The translations under genes were made by a program, and so were the position numbers. 64,000 bases of DNA from Oceanispirochaeta sp. (GTDB lineage Bacteria > Spirochaetota > Spirochaetia > DSM-2461), in the NCBI GenBank assembly GCA_963663385.2, contig CAXXXD010000003.1, positions 96,001-160,000 on the forward strand, given 5' to 3'. Shown piece by piece: positions 47,555-58,497 of this stretch (the stretch's first letter is position 1; each line of letters opens with the position of its first letter). Below the pieces are notes generated by a model, which was not told where the DNA came from, searched no databases, and worked only from the letters and a program-made list of their open reading frames with translations.

Positions 47555-48721
47555 TCAGGAAACCTGATTGACCAGGCCTTTCCTGTCGAACTCCACGGGA
47601 ATTCCCTGCAGAACCGGAGAAACCGGTCCTGTCTGCCTGCCGAATTCCATGGCCGCCCAGTATAGGGCCCGGATATTCTCAAGAGGCGTTCCGGGATTGA
47701 TCGATCCGGCGGTACAGACTTTCAGATTCCGCAGGTCCGCCCCGGCTTCTTTCACATCTTCGATATCCTGCCGCACCGCATCCACAACGAGGTCGGCGGT
47801 TCCCTGCCAGAGAACCTTCACCGGCGGAACCTGGCCGTGGATTTTAACGGCCGGCATTTCATTCAGAATCTCCCGAACGGAAATCATGGGGCCGATATTT
47901 ACATCGGTCACTCCGATCTCTTTCAGCTTTCCCATATGATAGCGCATATTGGAATCGGAATGGTAGTAACGGGTTCCCGACGGGGCGAAGGTCTCATAGA
48001 GCTCCTTTTCGGGAACCGCGCAGAATTCGCCGTAGCTCTGAGGAGACATGAGCCCCGTCAGATCCGATGCAAAGGAGAACCGGTTGGCATCCTCTTTCCC
48101 GTCATGGGAACGGCAGGCCCTGATATATCGTTTAAGGGTTCTTCCGACCAGCCACGTGAGAGCCTTCATTTCAGCGGGATCAGTCATGATCCAGAGCAGA
48201 AAATCGCTTACACCGCAGAGCTGGCCGCAGATCGTTGCGATACCCTTCGTTCCCGTTGCCGCAGGAGCTGAGAGTGGTCTGCCCTCCTCGCGGTTGAGGC
48301 AGTGAGCCGCTTCCCAGTAGCGTCTGTGGAGGTTCCCCTCATAAATCAGTGCTTCATCCGACAGCGCGTCGATCCGTTTCTCCAGGGCGCCCACATCTCC
48401 CGGTTCTGCGATTACCGGTTTAAGAACCGGTGTGGAATTACTGTGGTAGACCGGTTCTCCCCCGAAAAGGGAGGCGTTGAGGACCACCCCCGTATCAAAG
48501 ACCGGTTTGCCGACTATATCCAATCCCGTTGTTTTTATAACATATTGTTCGGCCTCGGCTCTGATCTCTCTCTGGTAGGAATAGTCGCTGTAATACCGGT
48601 CCATGGGCACATCGAAGAAATGACAGATCCAGTCTCCGTCCAGAGTCGCTTCAGCTTTTATAAAATCATTTCCCGCGCCTTTTCTGTAGAGGGTGGGATC
48701 AAAATCGATTTTGTATTTCAT
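47555..48721 (-). CDS. uroporphyrinogen decarboxylase/MtaA-CmuA family TIM-barrel protein
   Basis: ASDLTGLMSPQSYGEF, YYHSDSN, IHGQVPP, GTPLENIRA. Confidence 0.78.
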   Translation of the reverse strand: MKYKIDFDPTLYRKGAGNDFIKAEATLDGDWICHFFDVPMDRYYSDYSYQREIRAEAEQYVIKTTGLDIVGKPVFDTGVVLNASLFGGEPVYHSNSTPVLKPVIAEPGDVGALEKRIDALSDEALIYEGNLHRRYWEAAHCLNREEGRPLSAPAATGTKGIATICGQLCGVSDFLLWIMTDPAEMKALTWLVGRTLKRYIRACRSHDGKEDANRFSFASDLTGLMSPQSYGEFCAVPEKELYETFAPSGTRYYHSDSNMRYHMGKLKEIGVTDVNIGPMISVREILNEMPAVKIHGQVPPVKVLWQGTADLVVDAVRQDIEDVKEAGADLRNLKVCTAGSINPGTPLENIRALYWAAMEFGRQTGPVSPVLQGIPVEFDRKGLVNQVS

Positions 48722-48806
48722 GGAATCTCCTTTTATTTGTACTATCCCAATAAATTGATCAATTTTAAATGGATTATATATTGATGAATTTGTATAATAT
48801 CTACTT

Positions 48807-49715
48807 ATGGTTCTGATTAATACGACTGGAGATATCAGGGGGCAGGGGGGATTCTCTCTCCAGACAGAAGGGAGGCCGTTCGTTCTCCGTTTTATCCATG
48901 CAGACGGGAACGAGGAAGCCGGGGCGGTGGCGAATCGCTGTGAACATCGCCATTCCGTCTACCATCTCATACTTGTAAAAAAAGGGACAGGCTTTTTTCC
49001 CGTGGACGGGAAGAGGGTAGAGGTCAAACCGGGCACACTGCTCTTCATTTCTCCGGGGCAGCGTCACAGTCTCGGTGTCGGGCGCGGGGAGAGAATTATC
49101 TACGGCGAGATTACCTTTGAATTCCTGGATGAGGAGGGAATCCCCCTTACCGGTGATTGGGGCTTTCTGTTCTCCCGGCTGGCGGGGGAACGCGTAACAG
49201 CGCCCGCTGCCATGCATACGGACGGGACAGGGATGGCCCAGAGAGTCGCTTCGATCCTGGGCGAACTGGAGAGCTTCAGACCGCTGCTTCCCCGTCCCGT
49301 TCTTTTTCATTTGTCAACGTCGTCCCTCCTGGCAAAGCTGCTCCTGGATATGACCGTCAGTTTTTTCCGGAACCCGGCCGGAAGGGAGGACGGGAATCCC
49401 ATGGAGAGAATACGGGATTATATTCGCGGCAATTATCAGCTGCCCCTGAATCTGGACGATCTGGCGTCAATCGGTTCGTTCAATACAAAGTACCTTTCAA
49501 GACGGTTCAAGGAGCTTTTCGGCCAGTCCCCCATAGAGTACAGGGATTCTCTGAGGATGGAATCGGCCTGTGCGCTCCTGAAGAAAACCGCCTGTCCCGT
49601 GGGAGATATCGCCGCAAAATGCGGTTTCAGCGATATTTACTATTTTTCCAGGGTGTTCAAAAAGAAAAAAGGGATGAGTCCCCGGCAGTACCGGTCCGCC
49701 GGGCAGAGTGTTTAA
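48807..49715 (+). CDS. AraC family transcriptional regulator
   Basis: Cupin (HRH...YHL) plus YLSRRFKE...GFSDIYYFSRVFKK. Confidence 0.92.
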   Translation: MVLINTTGDIRGQGGFSLQTEGRPFVLRFIHADGNEEAGAVANRCEHRHSVYHLILVKKGTGFFPVDGKRVEVKPGTLLFISPGQRHSLGVGRGERIIYGEITFEFLDEEGIPLTGDWGFLFSRLAGERVTAPAAMHTDGTGMAQRVASILGELESFRPLLPRPVLFHLSTSSLLAKLLLDMTVSFFRNPAGREDGNPMERIRDYIRGNYQLPLNLDDLASIGSFNTKYLSRRFKELFGQSPIEYRDSLRMESACALLKKTACPVGDIAAKCGFSDIYYFSRVFKKKKGMSPRQYRSAGQSV

Positions 49716-49749
49716 TTTCATCTATCCCGGCTATATAAAGAGCCGCCCG

Positions 49750-50574
49750 TCAGGAAAGATCGATTTCCATCCCGTCCCAGGCCACCTGGAATCCGTGGGG
49801 GCCGGTCAGGCTCTCCAGTTCTTCGTGGAGGAGCCCGCCTCCATGGGAAAAATGGGTCAGAATCCACGGGGTTTCCGGACCGGTTAATCCTGTTTCCTCG
49901 GCTTTCTGTTTAAAGTCGAACACATCGGGCAAACCCATGTGGTGTCCGTAGTCGGCTCTCCGGGGACCTTCGGTACACTCGCAAATAACCATATCCACTT
50001 TCTGCCCCCGGAGGAAATCCCAGTTTTCCTGAGGATAAAATCCGGTATCACAGGTATAGAAAACCTTTTTGCCCTCTTTTTCAATAATGAAGTTGAGGGC
50101 TTCCTCGTCCGGTTTGTGACGGGCTTTGAGGGTCGTGATTTTATAAGGGGGAAGGCTGTAGGAGTTGAAAGCCGAGAGCTCCTTCAGTAATCCGGGTTGA
50201 CCGGAACAGGGATCGTCTATGGCGTTCCGGATCATATCGATGCTTCTTCTGTTGGCCAGGACTTTGAGGGAATCGAATACCGGAGGCACGGCGAAGGGCT
50301 CTCTGATGCATTCCAGATCAGCCGCGTGCAGATGATCCGAGTGGGAGTGTGTTATCAGGAGGTAACGGAGCTTATGCAGTTCCAGTCCGTATTTGTGGAC
50401 GTGGGACAGGGTGTCGGGGGGCAGATCGATTTTCAGATCCCCGTCGATCTGAAGGGAACTCCGGGTCCTGATATTTCTACCTCCCAGTTTACGGGCTTTG
50501 CGGCATACGGCGCAGTCGCAGAAAAGGGCCGGCCAGCCTTCCCCGGCGGCGGTTCCCAGAATTCGGATTTTCAT
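49750..50574 (-). CDS. metallo-beta-lactamase-fold hydrolase (PhnP-like phosphodiesterase)
   Basis: ILGT, CDCAVC, RTRSS, THSHSDH, DTG, THFSH; ATG 50574 after GGAGG. Confidence 0.85.
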   Translation of the reverse strand: MKIRILGTAAGEGWPALFCDCAVCRKARKLGGRNIRTRSSLQIDGDLKIDLPPDTLSHVHKYGLELHKLRYLLITHSHSDHLHAADLECIREPFAVPPVFDSLKVLANRRSIDMIRNAIDDPCSGQPGLLKELSAFNSYSLPPYKITTLKARHKPDEEALNFIIEKEGKKVFYTCDTGFYPQENWDFLRGQKVDMVICECTEGPRRADYGHHMGLPDVFDFKQKAEETGLTGPETPWILTHFSHGGGLLHEELESLTGPHGFQVAWDGMEIDLS

Positions 50575-50972
50575 ATTAATTCCTCCCAGTTTTGTTTCTG
50601 CCATTTCTCGCGGGTTCCCGAAAGCTGTCTGATGAGAATCCCGCGGACCTCTTCATCCTCAATAATGGAGGTTCTTTTAAAATGCACGATAAGCTTATCC
50701 ATTTTTTTCAGACAGTCAAGCCTGGCTTTTTCCTTGAGGGCGTCAAGGAATCTTTCAGAAGAATCCTTCTTTTCCGCTGCCTTTATTTTCTCCAGCCAGG
50801 GGGTCACCCAGTCCGGAGGGACCATCCCTCTGTTGGTGATGCATTCCGAATCCCTGTGAAGCCGGGCGATGCTTTCGCCTCCGTATTTGCCCATGATGCG
50901 GATCAGCCCCCTGACGAAGAAAACCGTCAGGACCGACATCAGAATAATAAAAAGAAAGATATATCCCAGCAT
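50571..50972 (-). CDS. small hypothetical membrane-anchored protein
   Basis: N-terminal TM; translationally coupled within the operon. Confidence 0.7.
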   Translation of the reverse strand: MLGYIFLFIILMSVLTVFFVRGLIRIMGKYGGESIARLHRDSECITNRGMVPPDWVTPWLEKIKAAEKKDSSERFLDALKEKARLDCLKKMDKLIVHFKRTSIIEDEEVRGILIRQLSGTREKWQKQNWEELI

Positions 50973-50982
50973 TGCCAACCTC

Positions 50983-52407
50983 TCAATTCAGAACGATATC
51001 AACCCTGACGTCCCCTTCCAGGGAGGAGGGGAGAAACGGTTTGTCCGTATTCTTGCCGTTTATACTGAAGCTTTGAATGCGGGTACCCGATCCTTCAATG
51101 GCAATATTCAGATTCATATTCCGGTACTTAAGTCCCTGCAGGTATATCCGGGAGCAGCTTTCGGGGAGGAGCGGTATGAAATCAATCCCCTCTTCGGAGA
51201 ATCTCATGCCGAACACTCCGGTGAACAACAGCCTCAGGTAGGCCGTGGCGCTCCATGTCTGACGGTGGCAGAAAAAATATTCCTCGATTTCACCCAGGGA
51301 GTTCTCCTGCAGTCCCCCGTATTCAACCCCCGTTTCGGGATGAAAGACTTCGCCGAACTGCCCGTCGCGAAGGGCGAAACGGGTCAGAGCTTCCAGCTCT
51401 TTGACAAAAGCCTCCCTGTTCCCTTCAAGTGCCGCAGCGGAACCCCAGAAGCCCTGTATATGGGGCCAGACTGTTCCGTTATGCCGCCCCACATGGTCTT
51501 CCCGTCCCAGGTAGCGGTCGAATACGGGCCAGAGACAGGGGATACCTGCGGGTGAAACGTGCTGATTCGCCAGAATCCTATCCCGTTTCCTTCTGTCGGC
51601 GATTCCGAGCAGGATAGCCAGACTGTGCCCCAGTCCGTCCTGGGCATCACACCCTCCCCAGGGGTCGATAAAATATCTGTAGAGTCCTTTGTCCTCTATC
51701 CACAGGAATTTGTTGATTGCCGTTTTAATCTTTTCCGCCATCTCATCCCACCGGGGATCACTTTCCAGATCGAGTTCCGAAGCCATGGCGGGCAGCAGTT
51801 TATAGGCGTTGCAGTAGAGACAGTTTGTTGAGAGCGCTTCGATGGGCAGCCCCTCTCCCTTTTCCTGTCTCTGCTCGGGATTGTGTTCCGCCCAGTACTG
51901 GATGTCGTGGTAGGGGCCGACTGCCGTATACCTGTCGGGATAGGCGGAGATCCCGTCGGCATAACAGGGGGCCCCCCTGAATAGTCCCGTCTCAGGATCA
52001 TGCTCGGTTTCTTCGAAAAATCTCAGGCTGGTGAGGGATATTTCCAGAGCTTCCTTCAGATACTCCCTGTCTCCGCTGTAGAGGTAGTAGTGCCAGGCGC
52101 CTGTTACCCAGATAACCGCATCCCAGTACTGGCCTCCGATTCTCTTTCCCCACCGGTCTTCTGTGACCATGGCGTTAAGGGTGTTGCGGGAAATCTCCCT
52201 GTCGATCAGGCCCCAGCCGTTCCATACGTTTATGGCGGCGTCCCTGGTCCATGGGCGGTCATAACCCATTCCCGCCAGGATGACCGGTTCCGGTTTCTTT
52301 CTTGTCTGTCCCTGATAGAGGGCGACGTTTCCCGTAATATCGCCCATGGCGACCCGAAAGGCTTTATTTATATCTTCTCTATCGCCTGATAAATATATAT
52401 CTGTCAT
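50983..52407 (-). CDS. (alpha/alpha)6-barrel glycoside hydrolase (MGH1/GH63/amylo-1,6-glucosidase-like)
   Basis: WTRDAAIN, QYWD, HNGTVWP, QTWSATAY, C-terminal beta domain. Confidence 0.8.
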   Translation of the reverse strand: MTDIYLSGDREDINKAFRVAMGDITGNVALYQGQTRKKPEPVILAGMGYDRPWTRDAAINVWNGWGLIDREISRNTLNAMVTEDRWGKRIGGQYWDAVIWVTGAWHYYLYSGDREYLKEALEISLTSLRFFEETEHDPETGLFRGAPCYADGISAYPDRYTAVGPYHDIQYWAEHNPEQRQEKGEGLPIEALSTNCLYCNAYKLLPAMASELDLESDPRWDEMAEKIKTAINKFLWIEDKGLYRYFIDPWGGCDAQDGLGHSLAILLGIADRRKRDRILANQHVSPAGIPCLWPVFDRYLGREDHVGRHNGTVWPHIQGFWGSAAALEGNREAFVKELEALTRFALRDGQFGEVFHPETGVEYGGLQENSLGEIEEYFFCHRQTWSATAYLRLLFTGVFGMRFSEEGIDFIPLLPESCSRIYLQGLKYRNMNLNIAIEGSGTRIQSFSINGKNTDKPFLPSSLEGDVRVDIVLN

Positions 52408-52516
52408 ATCGTTTCCTTATTATATTGAAGTTTCAGAGAACAGAGTCAGGAGGGAAATCATTCAACCCGGAGGAGATTCGGTGTTCTCATAATAGTGAAA
52501 TTTTATTAATCTAACT

Positions 52517-53047
52517 TCAGGAAACAGCTTCCTTCTCCAGTTTTTCCATCAGATCAAGCAGATCAAGAGGCATGGCAATAGTATAATCGGGTTTTTCCCT
52601 TTTATCCGCCGGAACCTTGGGGTAGCGGGGGGACCAGGAGAGGAAGACGCTTTTCATCCCCAGTGCATTGGCTCCCTTTACATCGCGGCTCAGATTGTTG
52701 CCCACCATGACTACCTTGGAGAAATCCTCGTCTTTGATTCCCAGTGCATCAGCGGCGTTCCTGAACATCGCCTCATGGGGCTTGCATATGCCGACTTCTT
52801 CGGAAATCGCGTGGTAATCGAAACAGTCCCACAGACCGTGCTGATTCAGGATATTCCGGAAAGACAGGGTCAGACCGTCGGCCACAAGGGCCACAGTGAA
52901 TCCCCGTTCCTTCAGCATCAGTATCAGTTCCTTTGCTCCGGGTATGAGATCGGCGGATTTGACAAGTTCCCCTTCGATAAAAACCTGTGATTCCTCGTCG
53001 GCGAGGGTATCGCCGCAATCAATAAAAACCGTATATGTCTTTTTCAT
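52517..53047 (-). CDS. HAD family hydrolase/phosphatase
   Basis: DCGDTL, KPH, VGNNLSRDVKGA. Confidence 0.85.
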   Translation of the reverse strand: MKKTYTVFIDCGDTLADEESQVFIEGELVKSADLIPGAKELILMLKERGFTVALVADGLTLSFRNILNQHGLWDCFDYHAISEEVGICKPHEAMFRNAADALGIKDEDFSKVVMVGNNLSRDVKGANALGMKSVFLSWSPRYPKVPADKREKPDYTIAMPLDLLDLMEKLEKEAVS

Positions 53048-53049
53048 TG

Positions 53050-54066
53050 CTATTTTCCCAGTGTTGATTGTCTTTTAATGATTTGTACTTCCTGGAGTCT
53101 TCTGACCCCCGGTTTGATTTTGCCTTCGATCAGCTCGACGAGCATCTCTCCGGCAAGAATCCCCTGTTCCTTTCCTGAAAAATGTACTGTCGAAAGCGGG
53201 GGATTACTGAATGGAGCCAGGGGAACATCGTCATATCCCATTACCGCAATATCTTCGGGTATCCTCAATCCGGCTGCATCGATGGCTCTCATGGCACCGA
53301 AAGCAACCGTATCACTGGCAACAAAAACCGCAGTTAACCGGCCCTTTTTCTCTTTCAGCAGATCATTCATGGCATCGAAACCGCTTTGAGCTGTAAAATC
53401 CCCGTGGCGGATCAGGCTTTCGTCATAACTGAGTCCGGCCTCTTCCAGAGCTGTCCTGTATCCCTTCAGCCGACCTGATCCGGCCGTATAGATTAAAGGC
53501 GCATTGGTGATGCAGCCTATCTTTTTATGTCCCAGCTCTATAAGGTGCTCCACGGCCATTCTGGCCGAAGCAGGAACGTCCACATCGACGGAACAGACCC
53601 TGCCGTCCGAGTATTCCCCGACGATAACGACGGGGAAGTCCTCGTTTATAAGTGTCTGCAACTCTCTGTCGTGTTCTTTCGTTTCAAAGAGAATCAGACC
53701 GTCGATGCTTTTGGTGCGGCTCAGATTGAGAATAGCGCTGCCGTCCCCTCCGTCGGGAAAGGTATCGATAAGAAGGCGCAGATCGTACTTGCGGACCACG
53801 CCGGTCAGGCCGTGCATGATCTGGAGGAGAAAGGAGTGGGACAAATGGCTTTCCAGGCAGACTACCCCGATATTCCGGGTCCTCTGGCTGGCCAGCGCCT
53901 TTCCCGCCGCGTTGGGCACATAACCCAGTTCATCCACGACTTTGAGCACTTTGTCTTTGGTTTTCTGGCTGATATTCTCTTTCTCCACATTATTCAGTAC
54001 ATAAGAAACTGTGGCTCTTGAGACACCGGCCTTTTTTGCAACATCAAAGCTCGTAACCTTCTTCAT
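53050..54066 (-). CDS. LacI family transcriptional regulator
   Basis: DVAKKAGVSRATVSYVLN, YVPNAAG hinge, IPEDIAVMGYDD. Confidence 0.95.
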   Translation of the reverse strand: MKKVTSFDVAKKAGVSRATVSYVLNNVEKENISQKTKDKVLKVVDELGYVPNAAGKALASQRTRNIGVVCLESHLSHSFLLQIMHGLTGVVRKYDLRLLIDTFPDGGDGSAILNLSRTKSIDGLILFETKEHDRELQTLINEDFPVVIVGEYSDGRVCSVDVDVPASARMAVEHLIELGHKKIGCITNAPLIYTAGSGRLKGYRTALEEAGLSYDESLIRHGDFTAQSGFDAMNDLLKEKKGRLTAVFVASDTVAFGAMRAIDAAGLRIPEDIAVMGYDDVPLAPFSNPPLSTVHFSGKEQGILAGEMLVELIEGKIKPGVRRLQEVQIIKRQSTLGK

Positions 54067-54123
54067 ATAATCAACCTTTATCCTGTTTTAAGCAGTATAG
54101 TACCAAACTGCGGCCCATGTCTG

Positions 54124-55137
54124 CTACGATATCCCTCCCAGAGTCAACTCTTTTGCGAAATGGCAGGCCGCATAATGATCCGGTCCGACCTCCTGGAGAG
54201 GCGGGGCTGCGGCAGAGCACACCGGTTTCGCATGGGGGCACCGGGGATGGAAGAAACAGCCCGAGGGAGGATCGGCCGGATTGGGAACTTCCCCTTCCAG
54301 AACGATCCTCTTCATCTTGTTCCTCGGATCCGGTTTGGGCACCGCCGACATAAGAGCCGCCGTATAGGGATGGCAGGGCGAATGAAACAGTATTTCCGTA
54401 TCGGACATTTCCACAACTTTACCCACGTACATAACAGCTACTCTGTCGCAGATATGTTCAACAACCGAAAGATCATGGGCCACAAATATATAAGTCAGTC
54501 CGTATTTCTCCTGCAGATCCTCCAGCAGATTGATAACCTGAGCCTGTACCGATACATCAAGAGCTGAGACCGCCTCATCGCAGACAATAAGTCTGGGGTT
54601 GGTCGACAGGGCCCGGGCTATGCCGATCCTCTGTCTCTGTCCTCCCGAAAAGGCGTGGGGATAGCGCTTGAGGTGTTTCACATTCAGTCCTACTGTTTCG
54701 GCGAGCTCTTTCACTCTTTCGTCGATATCGATATCCTTTTTCCGGGCACTCACCTTCAGCGGTTCGGCTATGATGTCGTAGACTGTCATTCTGGGGTCGA
54801 GGGAGGAGAAGGGGTCCTGAAAAATCATCTGAATATTCTTTCTCACAGCCTTCAGTTCCCGCCCTTTCAGCTGCAGAAAATTCAGGATGTCTCCTTTTTC
54901 CGTCCTGTAGAGAACTTCCCCTTCCGTGGTTCCGATACCCCTGACGATGCATCGCCCGAGGGTCGTCTTGCCGCAGCCAGATTCACCGACAAGGCCGAGG
55001 GTTTCACCCTGTTTCACAAAAATGCTGATATCATCGACAGCCTTGACATGCCCTTTCTCTCCGCCTAATAATCCTCTCTTTACGGGAAAATACTTCTTCA
55101 GATTTTTCACTTCCAGTAATACTTCGTTTGATTCCAT
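54124..55137 (-). CDS. oligopeptide/oligosaccharide ABC ATPase (OppF-like)
   Basis: [29 protein letters not shown]. Confidence 0.93.
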   Translation of the reverse strand: MESNEVLLEVKNLKKYFPVKRGLLGGEKGHVKAVDDISIFVKQGETLGLVGESGCGKTTLGRCIVRGIGTTEGEVLYRTEKGDILNFLQLKGRELKAVRKNIQMIFQDPFSSLDPRMTVYDIIAEPLKVSARKKDIDIDERVKELAETVGLNVKHLKRYPHAFSGGQRQRIGIARALSTNPRLIVCDEAVSALDVSVQAQVINLLEDLQEKYGLTYIFVAHDLSVVEHICDRVAVMYVGKVVEMSDTEILFHSPCHPYTAALMSAVPKPDPRNKMKRIVLEGEVPNPADPPSGCFFHPRCPHAKPVCSAAAPPLQEVGPDHYAACHFAKELTLGGIS

Positions 55138-56180
55138 TAAACCAGACTCTCCTTCAATGACTGCTTCTCCCGCTCGAATGTCTTCAGAACCTTCTCGTAG
55201 CGGAAGCATCGAACCATATGACCCGGTGTAATTTCCACGAGAGGAACATCCTCCCTGTCGCAGAGATCTGCCATCTTTTCACTGCAGCGGTCGCAGAAGC
55301 CGCACCGGGGATCCAGATCGAGGGGAACGGGGACATTTCCCTCGATCGACTCGAGCCGAGCTTTTTTGTCTTTTCCAATCCTGGGGATTGAACGGAGGAG
55401 GCCTTTTGTGTAGGGGTGGAGGGGATTATAGAAAATTTCGTCGGCCGAGCCTTTCTCCACAATCCTCCCCAGATACATGACCGCTACCTCGTCGCACATC
55501 TCGGCGACGACACCAAGGTCATGGGTGATGAAGAGGATGGCCATACCGAATTCCTTCTGGAGATTCTGCATGACTTCCAGAACCTGGGCCTGGATCGTCA
55601 CGTCCAGGGCTGTGGTCGGTTCGTCGGCAATCAGGAGCCCGGGGTTGCAGGAGAGAGCCATGGCTATCATCATCCTCTGGCGCATGCCGCCTGAGAATTC
55701 ATGAGGGTATTCATCTATTCTCTTTTCCGGATTGGCTATGCCCACCTTTCTCATCATCTCGATGGCGATTTGTTTCGCTTCGTCTCTATCGTTTGTTCTG
55801 TGGAGGAGGATTGCTTCCATCAGCTGGTTCCCCATGGTGTAATAGGGTGAAAAACTGGTCATCGGTTCCTGGAAGATCATGGAGATGTCCTTTCCGCGAA
55901 TTCCCCTGATAAAGGCGCTGTCCCGTTCGGGACTTACAAGGTCTTCGGGTCTGTTTCCGCCGTCTCTGTGGAGAAGTATCTCTCCCTCGATATAACCCGG
56001 TTCCGGGACGATTCTGAGGAGAGCCTGGGATGTAACGCTTTTTCCGCACCCTGATTCTCCCACCAGACCGAGGGTTTTCCCCTTTTTCAGCGAGAAGGAA
56101 ACGCCGTCTACGGCTTTCAGAATTCCTTCTTCCAGTTTGAAGTGGATTTTCAGATCCTTTACTTCGATATAATTATCCAT
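55137..56180 (-). CDS. oligopeptide/oligosaccharide ABC ATPase (OppD-like)
   Basis: [24 protein letters not shown]. Confidence 0.93.
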   Translation of the reverse strand: MDNYIEVKDLKIHFKLEEGILKAVDGVSFSLKKGKTLGLVGESGCGKSVTSQALLRIVPEPGYIEGEILLHRDGGNRPEDLVSPERDSAFIRGIRGKDISMIFQEPMTSFSPYYTMGNQLMEAILLHRTNDRDEAKQIAIEMMRKVGIANPEKRIDEYPHEFSGGMRQRMMIAMALSCNPGLLIADEPTTALDVTIQAQVLEVMQNLQKEFGMAILFITHDLGVVAEMCDEVAVMYLGRIVEKGSADEIFYNPLHPYTKGLLRSIPRIGKDKKARLESIEGNVPVPLDLDPRCGFCDRCSEKMADLCDREDVPLVEITPGHMVRCFRYEKVLKTFEREKQSLKESLV

Positions 56181-56201
56181 TGTTTTGCCTTTCCTTTTTG
56201 C

Positions 56202-57443
56202 CTATTTATAGGGATCCGCCGCGTCGCGCAGACCGTCTCCCAGAAAATTAAAGCTGAGAACCGTCACGACAACGAACAGAAGGGGTATAAGCAGCCACGG
56301 ATAGAGGGCCACGTTCTGAATCTGCTGCGCTTCCTGCAAAAGAACTCCCCAGCTCGTCGCCGGAGAACGGATCCCCAGGCCCAGGAAACTCAGTGATGTT
56401 TCGGCTATGATCATCTGGGGGATGGCCAGGGTCATATTTATAATAATATAGCTCAGAAATCCCGGTACCATATGGGTGGCTATAATACGGGGCGTGCTGA
56501 CTCCCGCCACTCTGGCCGCCATAATATAATCCTCCTCCCTCATGGACATAAACTTGCTTCTGACGACCCTGGCGAGAGTGGTCCAGCCAAGGAATGAGAG
56601 TATAATGGTTATATAGAAATACATCTGAACAACCGGAATCTGCGGCGGAATGGCCGCACTTAATGCCATCCAGAGAGGAATAGTCGGGAAGGAGCGAAGG
56701 ATCTCTATGATTCTCTGTATGACATTGTCTAGGATTCCTCCGAAATAACCTGAAATCCCTCCGATGATGATTCCGAGAATAAGGCTTATGAAAACGCCGA
56801 CGAAACCGACGGAGAGGGAAATCCGGCTTCCGTGAAGGATTCTGGAAAAGAGGTCTCTTCCCATGCTGTCGGTTCCGAAGAGGAAAATTCTTCCCGGATC
56901 ATTGACATTGAAGAGATGAATATCCGTCTTGAAGAGTCCCCAGAATTTGTATTCAGCACCGTGTGTGAATAAGCGGATAGGGTAGGTTTCCGATTTGTCT
57001 TCAATGAACTCCTTACGGTATGTTTCGGCATTCCTTTCCGATTTTATGGCGTAGACAAAAGGAGTCAGATGAAATTTCCCCCTGCTGTCGATAAAATGGA
57101 TTTTTGTAGGGGGGCAGTTTGTGAATTTCGAATCGTAGCTGACCAGTCCCTGGGGCGCCAGAAATCCGGCAAAAACGGCTCCGAAATAGAACAATCCAAG
57201 AATGATAAGGCTGTATTTAGCCAGTTTATGCTTCTTGAAGCGCCGTCCCATAAGCTGCCACTGGGAAGCCATATAATAGCTTTCATCAAGGTCCGGCTTC
57301 TTTTTGTCCTTAAGCCGGATAAGATGTTTTTTTATTTGTTCGACAATCGATTGTTTCTTTTCCATAGAGTGTATCTCATCCCTTTTTTCCGGGGCTTCTT
57401 CCTTATAATGGGGAACAATCTTCTCCTTTACACTGGTATCCAT
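56202..57443 (-). CDS. ABC permease (OppC-like)
   Basis: GTDSMGRD, ETSLSFLGLG, NFLGDGLRDAADP. Confidence 0.92.
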   Translation of the reverse strand: MDTSVKEKIVPHYKEEAPEKRDEIHSMEKKQSIVEQIKKHLIRLKDKKKPDLDESYYMASQWQLMGRRFKKHKLAKYSLIILGLFYFGAVFAGFLAPQGLVSYDSKFTNCPPTKIHFIDSRGKFHLTPFVYAIKSERNAETYRKEFIEDKSETYPIRLFTHGAEYKFWGLFKTDIHLFNVNDPGRIFLFGTDSMGRDLFSRILHGSRISLSVGFVGVFISLILGIIIGGISGYFGGILDNVIQRIIEILRSFPTIPLWMALSAAIPPQIPVVQMYFYITIILSFLGWTTLARVVRSKFMSMREEDYIMAARVAGVSTPRIIATHMVPGFLSYIIINMTLAIPQMIIAETSLSFLGLGIRSPATSWGVLLQEAQQIQNVALYPWLLIPLLFVVVTVLSFNFLGDGLRDAADPYK

Positions 57444-57444
57444 T

Positions 57445-58443
57445 TTATGTGTCTTCCTTCCCAAGTCTTATTCTCGGATCAAGCCAGGCCAGAAGCACAT
57501 CTGAAAGCAGAGTTCCGACTACTGTCAGTGTTGTCAGAATAAAGAGCAGGCCTCCTGCCAGGTACATGTCCTGACTTAATAGCGCTCCGTAGAGCAGCGG
57601 TCCCTGTGTCGGGAGATTCAGTACGATTGCCGTTATGGTTGAACCGGAGAAGATGGCCGTCAGAGACCACCCGATGGTGCTTACTATCGGATTTAACGAA
57701 GCCCTTACAGGGTATTTGTAGAGAAGTGTTTTTTCTCCGACACCTTTGGCACGGGCTGTGATTACATACTGTTTTTTAATTTCATCGAGGAGCTGGCCCC
57801 TCATAACGCGGATCAGTCCGCAAGTACCAGCCGTTCCGATAACGATAATCGGAATGATCATATGTTTTAAAAGATCAAATAACCTGGCAATGCTCCAGGG
57901 GGCATTTGTGAATTCAGGGGAGAAGAGACCCATCATAGGGCTTCCGAAATACCTGAAGGCGAAATACATACATATTATGGCCAGGAGAAAGTTGGGCGTC
58001 GCCGTACCGATAAAACCGATAAAGGCTGTCAGGTAGTCGCCGAAAGAATACTGATGAGTGGCTCCGTAAATCCCGATGGGAATTGAAACCAGATAGGTAA
58101 ACAGCATGGTGGTGAGAGATACGGCCAGAGTGAGTCCCATGCGGCTCAGTATCAGATCGGTTACTTTTTTGTTCCATTTGAAGGAAAAGCCGAAATCGCC
58201 TCTGAAAATAATTCCGGATATCCATTTCCTGTACTGGGAGAAAAAGGACTCATCGAGACCGTATGTCTCCCTAAGCTCCTGCAGTTCTTCCATATCGAGA
58301 ACCTCCCCTTCCTGTGCGGCCTGTGCGGCATAGGTGGAAACAAAATCTCCGGGGGGAAGCTGAATGACCCAAAAACTGATTATGGATATGATGATGACGG
58401 TCGGAACCATTACCAGAAACCGTTTCAAAATATACTGTAACAT
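57445..58443 (-). CDS. ABC permease (OppB-like)
   Basis: LPPGD, GDFGFS, TARAKG, LDPRIR. Confidence 0.93.
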   Translation of the reverse strand: MLQYILKRFLVMVPTVIIISIISFWVIQLPPGDFVSTYAAQAAQEGEVLDMEELQELRETYGLDESFFSQYRKWISGIIFRGDFGFSFKWNKKVTDLILSRMGLTLAVSLTTMLFTYLVSIPIGIYGATHQYSFGDYLTAFIGFIGTATPNFLLAIICMYFAFRYFGSPMMGLFSPEFTNAPWSIARLFDLLKHMIIPIIVIGTAGTCGLIRVMRGQLLDEIKKQYVITARAKGVGEKTLLYKYPVRASLNPIVSTIGWSLTAIFSGSTITAIVLNLPTQGPLLYGALLSQDMYLAGGLLFILTTLTVVGTLLSDVLLAWLDPRIRLGKEDT

Positions 58444-58454
58444 TATGTCTCCTT

Positions 58455-58481
58455 GAAGAGCCCCCGGGACGGGGACTCTTC
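58455..58481 (-). other. intercistronic stem-loop after binding-protein gene
   Basis: GAAGAGcCCCC...GGGGACTCTTC. Confidence 0.55.
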
Positions 58482-58497
58482 CATATAATTAGCTTAT

